IMG/VR virus record: IMGVR_UViG_3300037566_000044 | Coordinates: 1-62,872 of that record | Source of the DNA: a virus | Taxonomy: Duplodnaviria > Caudoviricetes | Direction: 5' to 3' (one strand) | Length of the DNA: 62,872 nt | Part shown: in pieces, positions 56,668 through 62,872 of the stretch | How the letters are laid out: each line of letters opens with the position of its first letter | How positions within the stretch are numbered: position 1 is the first letter of the stretch | Made by a program: the position numbers and the translations under genes | Notes under the pieces: generated by a model | Database searches by the model: none | What the model saw: the letters and a program-made list of their open reading frames with translations, nothing else | What the model was told of the DNA's origin: nothing

Positions 56668-57224
56668 TGGGATATCAGACACTCGCAGATGACAACCAGT
56701 TCCGGTTCAAATGTCCGATCTTCGGCGCTGAAACTAAGATGTCCTCGTGCATCAAGCTTCGCACCCTGTTCTGGAAAGGCAGACGCCCGGATCAACGCAA
56801 AGGCTGCCAGGCCTGCATGGAGGCCGGTAAGTGCCCTGCCGCGGTGATTGCGCAGCGTATGGCCCTGTCCAATCCTCGCAACCCTGTGGCTGATGAATAC
56901 GGCTCCACAACGTCTGTCATGGGCAAGCTGCGGCAGGACATCCTCGCGCGCATCCTGCCGACGATGGTGATGCCCGGCCTGCTTACCCGACACGGCGTCT
57001 CATCCAAAGAGGCTGCCGCGATTGAAACCGCCAATGATCGCATCCGCGCCATGATGGGCTCTGCTCCTGCAGGAACCACCGGCACCAAGGCCACGATCAA
57101 AGGCAAGACGCGCAAGAACCGCAAGCTGGTCAGCCCGAAAGCGACGACGCCGGAAGCGACACAAGCCGCGCCGAGCAAAATTGAGAAAGCCGCCGCAACC
57201 GGCGATCTCTCCGCAGCGATTTAG
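56667..57224 (+). CDS. Cys-rich hypothetical protein
   Basis: CP...C...CQAC...KCP. Confidence 0.7.
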   Translation: MGYQTLADDNQFRFKCPIFGAETKMSSCIKLRTLFWKGRRPDQRKGCQACMEAGKCPAAVIAQRMALSNPRNPVADEYGSTTSVMGKLRQDILARILPTMVMPGLLTRHGVSSKEAAAIETANDRIRAMMGSAPAGTTGTKATIKGKTRKNRKLVSPKATTPEATQAAPSKIEKAAATGDLSAAI

Positions 57225-57316
57225 AGGTGGCGTTCTGGGAAGACGCAGCTGTTATCCTGACGATTTTCGCGATCGTTGCCGTGATGGTTAAGAGATCAAC
57301 AAGTGGAAAGAAATAG

Positions 57317-58834
57317 ATGAACGCAAGCGATGTAATTGCAACGATCCGGGATATCGAGATTGTTCCGGGTCGTAATGAGAAAGCCGAGCTGCTGCGCAAG
57401 CTGGTGGGGTCCGATCTGGGTCGCTGGGTTGTTCAGATGGCCTACGATCCCTTCAAGACATGGGGTTTGAAAACACCACAGCTCAATCAGATCAAGGGCG
57501 GCGATAACATTGTCGAATTCCAGCGCCATTTGATTGAGCCGTTACTGCTAAGCCTGTCTACGCGAGAGACTACTGGCAATGACGCTCAAGAGAAGGTGAT
57601 GCAGGTATTCCAGATCCTCGACGATGACGGTCGTGATCTGCTCTACCGCATTCTATCCAAGGATCTGAAATGCGGCATCGGTGAAAGCACGATCCTGCTG
57701 GTCGCGCCGAACCTGATCCCGTCCTTTGCGGTGATGCGCGCACAGCCCTATGAGGAGCGGCACGTCAAGAAATGGCCGATGAAGGGCGAATTCAAGCTCG
57801 ACGGGCAACGCAACGCCTTTCTCTGCAAAGAGGGCAGTGGCGCCTTTTTCACGCGCTCTGGCAAGCATGTCGCGGCCCTGGACTTCTTTGTGCCGAACCT
57901 GCTCAAGGTCGCAAAGCAGGCCGTGGCGGTCGATCCCGATCTCGCGCATGTCCTGCTGGATGACGACGACCGGCTGAGCTTCATGCTGGACGGCGAGGCT
58001 CTGATGGGTCTGTTCGAGGAGACAGGCGCGCTGCGCCGCAAGGACGTGGATGCGCGCGGTGCTGAACTGCATCTCTACGACATCCTACCCTTCCGGGACT
58101 TCGACGCCACAGGCAGCGTTGGTGGGCCGCTCTGGCAGCGCCGGAACGCCCTGCAGCGCTTCGTCCGGGCCGCTAAGTCGATCCTGTCTGAAACGGACAC
58201 GCCGGACATGATCCAGATGGTGCCGCAGTATTTCCTGAACAGCGATCAGGAGGTGCAGGATCTCTTTGCTCTGGCGCGCAGCAAGACGCTGGCCTCTTAT
58301 TTGGCGCGTGGTGACGCTCAGCGCGAAGCCGAGCTGCTGAAAACCACGATCGACAAGGCCACGGGCAAGCCCAAGGTGCTCGAAGGCGTCATGGTGAAAA
58401 ACCCTGAAGGTCTCTACGACAAGAAGAAGTCGCGCGGCTGGCTCAAGGTGAAAGCCGAGGAGACCGAAGACCTGCCTGTGGTTGGAGCCTTCCCGGGTGA
58501 GCCTGGCACCAAATACGAGCATTGCCTGGGCGGCCTGATTGTGGACCGCAATGGCGTCGATGTGCGTGTTGGTGGTGGCTTCACAGATCAGGAACGCGAG
58601 GCGCTGTGGCAGGACTGGCAGGATGTGATTGCCAAGCCGCATATTCCCGAGCTGCTGCGCGGCGCTAAGCGTGGCGGCCAGGTGATTGTCGCGGATGTGC
58701 CCGAACACCCCACCGATCTCTGGGGTCGCCTGATCGAGGTTGAGTTTCACGAGGTTACGCCTGACGGATCACTGCGCCATCCGCGCTTCATCCGTTTCCG
58801 TGACGACAAGCAAGGGGAGCAAGAGGCCGCATGA
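57317..58834 (+). CDS. ATP-dependent DNA ligase
   Basis: KLDG.R, LDGE, EGVMVK, WLKVK, VGGGF, SLRHPRF. Confidence 0.95.
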   Translation: MNASDVIATIRDIEIVPGRNEKAELLRKLVGSDLGRWVVQMAYDPFKTWGLKTPQLNQIKGGDNIVEFQRHLIEPLLLSLSTRETTGNDAQEKVMQVFQILDDDGRDLLYRILSKDLKCGIGESTILLVAPNLIPSFAVMRAQPYEERHVKKWPMKGEFKLDGQRNAFLCKEGSGAFFTRSGKHVAALDFFVPNLLKVAKQAVAVDPDLAHVLLDDDDRLSFMLDGEALMGLFEETGALRRKDVDARGAELHLYDILPFRDFDATGSVGGPLWQRRNALQRFVRAAKSILSETDTPDMIQMVPQYFLNSDQEVQDLFALARSKTLASYLARGDAQREAELLKTTIDKATGKPKVLEGVMVKNPEGLYDKKKSRGWLKVKAEETEDLPVVGAFPGEPGTKYEHCLGGLIVDRNGVDVRVGGGFTDQEREALWQDWQDVIAKPHIPELLRGAKRGGQVIVADVPEHPTDLWGRLIEVEFHEVTPDGSLRHPRFIRFRDDKQGEQEAA

Positions 58835-59064
58835 TTGAGGTTTTGGCCAGGCTGATGAAGCGAGAGACTCCGCAGGAGCGCAACATTCGCCTGGCTAAAA
58901 ACGACCGGTGGCGAGAGGAGAATTGCTTCCGACCGCCGTGTCACGAGCCGGGCGGGGTAGGGATTTGCCCTGACTGTGGTGAGAAAGAGCTTCGGCACCG
59001 TGCCGAAGGTGGCGCGACCGTAATTCTGGTCTGTCGAAGCTGTGAGAAAGGGTTTTATGTATGA
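58831..59064 (+). CDS. Small zinc-ribbon protein
   Basis: CPDC...CRSC. Confidence 0.55.
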   Translation: MIEVLARLMKRETPQERNIRLAKNDRWREENCFRPPCHEPGGVGICPDCGEKELRHRAEGGATVILVCRSCEKGFYV

Positions 59065-59339
59065 CCTACGACGAGTGGTTTAAGAAATACGAGCCGCGCA
59101 AGAACATTTACAACGGCAACGCCTCGTTTGATGGCTGCATGTTTGAGACCTTCGGTAATGAGGTCGAGTATGTGCGGTCGAAGCCGAGCGAGCTGGTTTG
59201 GACCTGGGTCGATGACGGCGAGCATTCGGCGATCACCAACGGTTTCATGACCGTGAACCGGCAAGGCTATTTCATCGCTTCTAAGCCTTATGACGAGGCT
59301 GAACCCTTTACCGACATCGATCTGAATGAGGATGAGTAA
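59061..59339 (+). CDS. Hypothetical phage protein
   Basis: FET.G.E...V...VWT...G...VNR.GY. Confidence 0.7.
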   Translation: MTYDEWFKKYEPRKNIYNGNASFDGCMFETFGNEVEYVRSKPSELVWTWVDDGEHSAITNGFMTVNRQGYFIASKPYDEAEPFTDIDLNEDE

Positions 59340-59477
59340 CGAGTGATCTGTTGGTGAGTGATGGCGAGGGACACGTTCTCTCGCCATTTTAGGGTGTTAG
59401 ATTCGAGTTAATATACGTGTTACGCCTGTGGATTGTTCGGATTCGCTCAGTTTCTTCAATTACTTACGCCATACCCC

Positions 59478-59769
59478 CGTGTGTAAAGTGGTGATTCCGT
59501 GTGTGCAGAGTGGTGATTCTGCGTGTGTAAAGTGGTTGTGGTAAGTAAATATTTACATTATCGGCTTGCGCAGATCGTTTTGATCCTTCATATGGCGCAA
59601 GAACCGTGTGTGAAGTGTCGTTTCTGCCTTCAACCGTGTGTAAAGTGTCGTTTTAGACCCCATGCGTGTGTAAAGTGTCGTTTCTGGCACTAACCGTGTG
59701 TGAAGTGTCGTTTTTCTCCTTGGCGTGTGTGAAGTGTCGTTTTATGGTCGACCCGTGTGTGAAGTGTCG
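59478..59769 (+). repeat. Iterons / plasmid origin of replication
   Basis: Six CGTGTGTRAAGTGTCG at 59605, 59635, 59665, 59695, 59724 and 59754, plus three variants at 59478, 59498 and 59522. Confidence 0.9.
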
Positions 59770-59781
59770 AAAGGATTCGCC

Positions 59782-60810
59782 GTGGCCAACGACTACCCAC
59801 TCTTACCTGATCGTCATCCGCAGGGTGACTTCTTTGTTTGCGATATATTTGACGCCGCTCCGAAAGGCGACATTGCCAGTATGGAGCATCCGATCTTCTC
59901 GCTTTCGACAAAGCCAGACACACGACCCCGAAAATACGAACACAACGGCGTCACCGTCGAGATCAAGCCATCAACGGACGGCCTGGCAACGGTGCATGAC
60001 CGCGATATCCTGATCTACTGCATCTCGAACCTCATCCGGGGCATGAACGAGGGCAGGGAGCCGCAACAGGTTGTCAGGTTCCACGCCTCGGACTTGCTCA
60101 AGGCCACCAACAGAATGACCACCGGTCGCGGCTACGACCTGTTGAAGTCGGCAATGGAGCGCCTCACCGGAACGAGGATCTCGACCAACATCACCACGGG
60201 CGGCCAGGAGGTGTTCGAAACCTTCGGCTTAATCGACCGGGCTAGGATCGTGCGCGAGACGCGCGACGGGCGCATGCAGGAGATCGAGGTCAAGCTGAGC
60301 GACTGGGTTTTCAATGCGATCAGAGCGCAAGAGGTTCTCACGCTTAGCCGCGAATACTTCCGGCTTAGAAAACCGCTAGAGCGCCGCATCTACGAGTTGG
60401 CTAGAAAGCACTGCGGTCATCAGAAAGAATGGGTGATCGGTCTAGCGACATTGCAGAAGAAATGCGGCTCCGGTTCGTCCTTGAGAGAGTTCCGAAGATT
60501 GGTCTCTGCAATCGCCTCTGAGGATACCGAATACAACCATATGCCTGACTACGAGATCCGCTTTGACGAGAAGAAAGATAGGATGCTTGTTAGAAGCAAG
60601 GGAACGGTTTCTCACAAACTTGTAGATGAGGTGAAGATACCGCCACTCGACCCAGAGGTTTACGAGATGGCGAGAGAAGCAGCTCCCGGATGGGATGTAA
60701 GAGTAATCGAACAAGAGTGGCGTAGTTGGGCTACCGAACCACCAAGGAATCCGGAAATGGCATTTCTGGGTTTTTGCCGAAAATGGTTCGAAAAGAGAGG
60801 TCGCCCGTAA
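59782..60810 (+). CDS. repA: Plasmid replication initiator protein A
   Basis: LLPDRHPQ.DFF.CD..DA.PK.D..SMEHP.FSLS; RRIYE.ARKHCG.Q; GTG start after AAGGA. Confidence 0.9.
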   Translation: MANDYPLLPDRHPQGDFFVCDIFDAAPKGDIASMEHPIFSLSTKPDTRPRKYEHNGVTVEIKPSTDGLATVHDRDILIYCISNLIRGMNEGREPQQVVRFHASDLLKATNRMTTGRGYDLLKSAMERLTGTRISTNITTGGQEVFETFGLIDRARIVRETRDGRMQEIEVKLSDWVFNAIRAQEVLTLSREYFRLRKPLERRIYELARKHCGHQKEWVIGLATLQKKCGSGSSLREFRRLVSAIASEDTEYNHMPDYEIRFDEKKDRMLVRSKGTVSHKLVDEVKIPPLDPEVYEMAREAAPGWDVRVIEQEWRSWATEPPRNPEMAFLGFCRKWFEKRGRP

Positions 60811-61074
60811 TGACCCATAATTGAGATTATGTTAAGTAAGCTAAGGGTAATGTATTCCTTACTGGCGATAACCTGCTGAAATTAACTATTAAAACCCCTG
60901 CTTGACGTGTGGTCATGTTTGAGGAAAAGTAAGTAAGCAAATAATGACTTTTTTTCAGGAAAATGAGTTTTCCCGTTTAAGTTAGTCTATAACGAATATA
61001 CAGACTTTTTCGAAATTGGCTAACACACGAAACAATGGAAGCAGTAGAACCGAATGAATACTCGGAGGGGAATA

Positions 61075-61371
61075 ATGACAGAAGGTAAACAGCTTTCTCG
61101 GTTAGCGGTGCTTATAGGTAACCGTGTTGAGGAGCTAAAAGGAATTAAGTCGCAGGGAGACATAGCGCGCGCCGCTGGTTACCCGAATGTGAACATGATC
61201 TCTATGATCAAACAAGGACACTCTAAGGTTGCGCTTGATAAAGCGTCCGCTCTTGGTCGCGCACTAGAAGTTGATCCGAAAGAATTCATGCTCTTGGCGC
61301 TTGAGCAATTCTACTCCCGTGAGGTCACCGAGCAGATCCTCAAGGATCTCGGACTAAAGATCAGAAAATAG
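61075..61371 (+). CDS. XRE-family HTH regulator (candidate immunity repressor)
   Basis: SQ.DIA..AGY...N.IS.IK.G; operator-like sites upstream. Confidence 0.8.
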   Translation: MTEGKQLSRLAVLIGNRVEELKGIKSQGDIARAAGYPNVNMISMIKQGHSKVALDKASALGRALEVDPKEFMLLALEQFYSREVTEQILKDLGLKIRK

Positions 61372-61466
61372 ATCAAGCCGAGAAACGAACCGCTATAGCT
61401 GACAGGCAACCCACCTGTCAGCGATGACTTTTGAATCTACCACTAACCCCAGAAGGAACTTCTCAT

Positions 61467-61685
61467 ATGTCATCAACCAATGCCGTAAGAGACGATATGA
61501 AGCGCGGTCACGAAAGCCTGGAGCAATACGACGCCGCGGTCATGGTGATGGGCCTGACCAACTGCATCAAGATCGAACTCGAAGGTGTGGATATCGTTCG
61601 CGGATATCATGAAAAGCACGGAAACGTGACGCTGGTTATGCCGGCTGCTGGGCAATCTTGCCTTTTGTATCCTTTTGAAAAGTAG
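61467..61685 (+). CDS. Hypothetical protein
   Basis: AAGGA RBS. Confidence 0.55.
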   Translation: MSSTNAVRDDMKRGHESLEQYDAAVMVMGLTNCIKIELEGVDIVRGYHEKHGNVTLVMPAAGQSCLLYPFEK

Positions 61686-61743
61686 TGCGTTTTTTGTTAC
61701 TTTGAATAGTAAGTAAGCACTTAGTTATGGCAAGCGAGGGCAC

Positions 61744-62751
61744 ATGAGACGCGAGATTGCAGAACTCCGCGAGGTTGTTCAGAAACTGGTTCCGCTGCTG
61801 GCGGGCAAAGGCTTGAAAGTGACCCAGCGTGGCTCTCAGGCTTACGTCAAGACGGACCCGGTTACGCGCAAGCCCGTCATGGTCAATATCCCGAATATCC
61901 CGGACACGGCGTCAGATAGCTTCATCCGGGCTGTTCAGGGCTTCATTGACCACGAAGTCGCTCACGTCCTCATCACCGACTGGAACTTCTACGCAGGGGC
62001 TCCTACCCCTTCCGAGCTCCGTAAGCCCGAAGTCCAGAAGCTGATGAACTGCCATAACATCATCGAGGATACGATGATCGAGCGGGAGATCGTCAAAATC
62101 TTCCCTGGCTCCAAAAAGAACATTGCCGATTTGCGTGAACACTTCATCCGCAAGGTCACCAAACCGGCAATGCTCAAAGCTCGCTCTCCGCAAGAGGAGC
62201 TGAGCTACCTGATGGTCCCGGCCATGCGCGCACTCGCAGGGCATGTGGAATTTCAGGAATTCATGGATGAGAACAATTACTGGGATCATTCCGAGATCAA
62301 GAAGCTGGTTGAAGGCTTCCGGTCTGAAACCCTTGAAGATTTGAAAACCTGCGCGACCACCGAGCAGACGCTGGAGATCGCCCGGGAGCTTTACGACATC
62401 CTCTATAAGCCGAAGCCCGAGGAGCCTGAGCAAGAGCCTGAATCCGGCCCGAGCCAGGACAAGCCCGAGAAAGAGGCTGGCGAAGGCGATGGTGATGGCG
62501 AGCGCGATCACTCCAAGCAGGAGGAGAGCGACGACGAAGGCAGCGAAGGAGATGACGGCAAGGCGGCCGCTCCCGAGCAGGACGAAGGTGATCAGAAAGA
62601 CGACGACGGCGAAGAGGCCCAATCGGGTGGCGATGCTGACGACGAGCAGGAAAAGGAAGATGGCGATGACGGTGATCAATCTGATGGAAGCTCGGAAAAA
62701 GAGGACGGAGAAGGCGACGACGACTCCGACACCTCTGACGACGGATCGTAA
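61744..62751 (+). pseudogene. CobT-like (metallopeptidase + acidic linker + vWA) gene, truncated in the acidic linker
   Basis: GFIDHEVAH...NIIED motif; ends abruptly inside the D/E-rich linker. Confidence 0.6.
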
Positions 62752-62872
62752 GCGTTAGCTGGATGGCACCAGCGGATTAGCTTGACGGCGCAAATTTCCA
62801 CGGCAGAAGGTCGTCAAGGCGGCTTTGCGGGTGGCCGTTGGCGATTGCTGAGAGGGTGGCCTTGAGATAGGC
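62748..62872. mobile_element. Probable IS66-family element end, partial
   Basis: Begins GTAAGCGT, typical of IS66 termini, and supplies the premature TAA. Confidence 0.5.

Larger units (their letters stand above)
1..62872. mobile_element. Phage-plasmid (siphovirus morphogenesis genes plus plasmid RepA/iterons, ParA partition, toxin-antitoxin, resolvase); gene order reminiscent of SSU5/pHCM2-type elements
   Basis: Terminase-portal-capsid-tail-lysis genes occur together with a plasmid replicon and partition genes; no integrase or host housekeeping genes seen in the window. Confidence 0.9.

Noticed and set aside
59605-59769. CRISPR array
   Set aside because: Repeats are 16 bp with 13-14 bp spacers, there are no cas genes, and they lie directly upstream of repA, so they are iterons
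59725-59781. N-terminal extension of RepA and ORF 59666-60013
   Set aside because: These are translated iterons; a better RBS precedes the GTG at 59782
61744-62751. Cobalamin biosynthesis gene
   Set aside because: No other cob genes are present; phage CobT-like proteins are general AAA-chaperone partners, and this one is truncated

Overview
This window is about 63 kb of a temperate siphovirus-type phage-plasmid, probably from an alphaproteobacterium (Rhodobacteraceae-like RepA, GC about 60% by eye). Left to right it holds: the 3' end of a serine resolvase; small early/accessory genes (HAD phosphatase, HNH, Doc toxin-antitoxin pair, lipoprotein); a 4.3 kb repeat-rich, mostly non-coding control region; tRNA-Tyr and tRNA-Arg; an anti-defence-like cluster (Acb2-like, RyR-domain, Ntn-protease); a type Ib ParA partition pair; an SF2 helicase; a ParB/ParB/ABC-ATPase/GNAT module coupled to the terminase; complete head and lambda-like tail genes; lysis genes with a probable unimolecular spanin; a T5 A1-like phosphoesterase; PhoH, DnaB, primase and DNA ligase; an iteron/RepA replicon; an XRE repressor; and a CobT-like gene apparently cut by an IS66-like end. 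The most striking unannotated layer is cis-acting DNA: about 22 copies of an 18-bp palindromic operator (TAAGTAA-N4-TTACTTA), 8 copies of a non-canonical promoter, about 10 arrays of 8-bp-phased TAGCTA repeats around parA, and inverted-repeat-flanked AT-rich cassettes at terS and the A1-like gene. All family calls come from motif recognition by eye; no searches were run.
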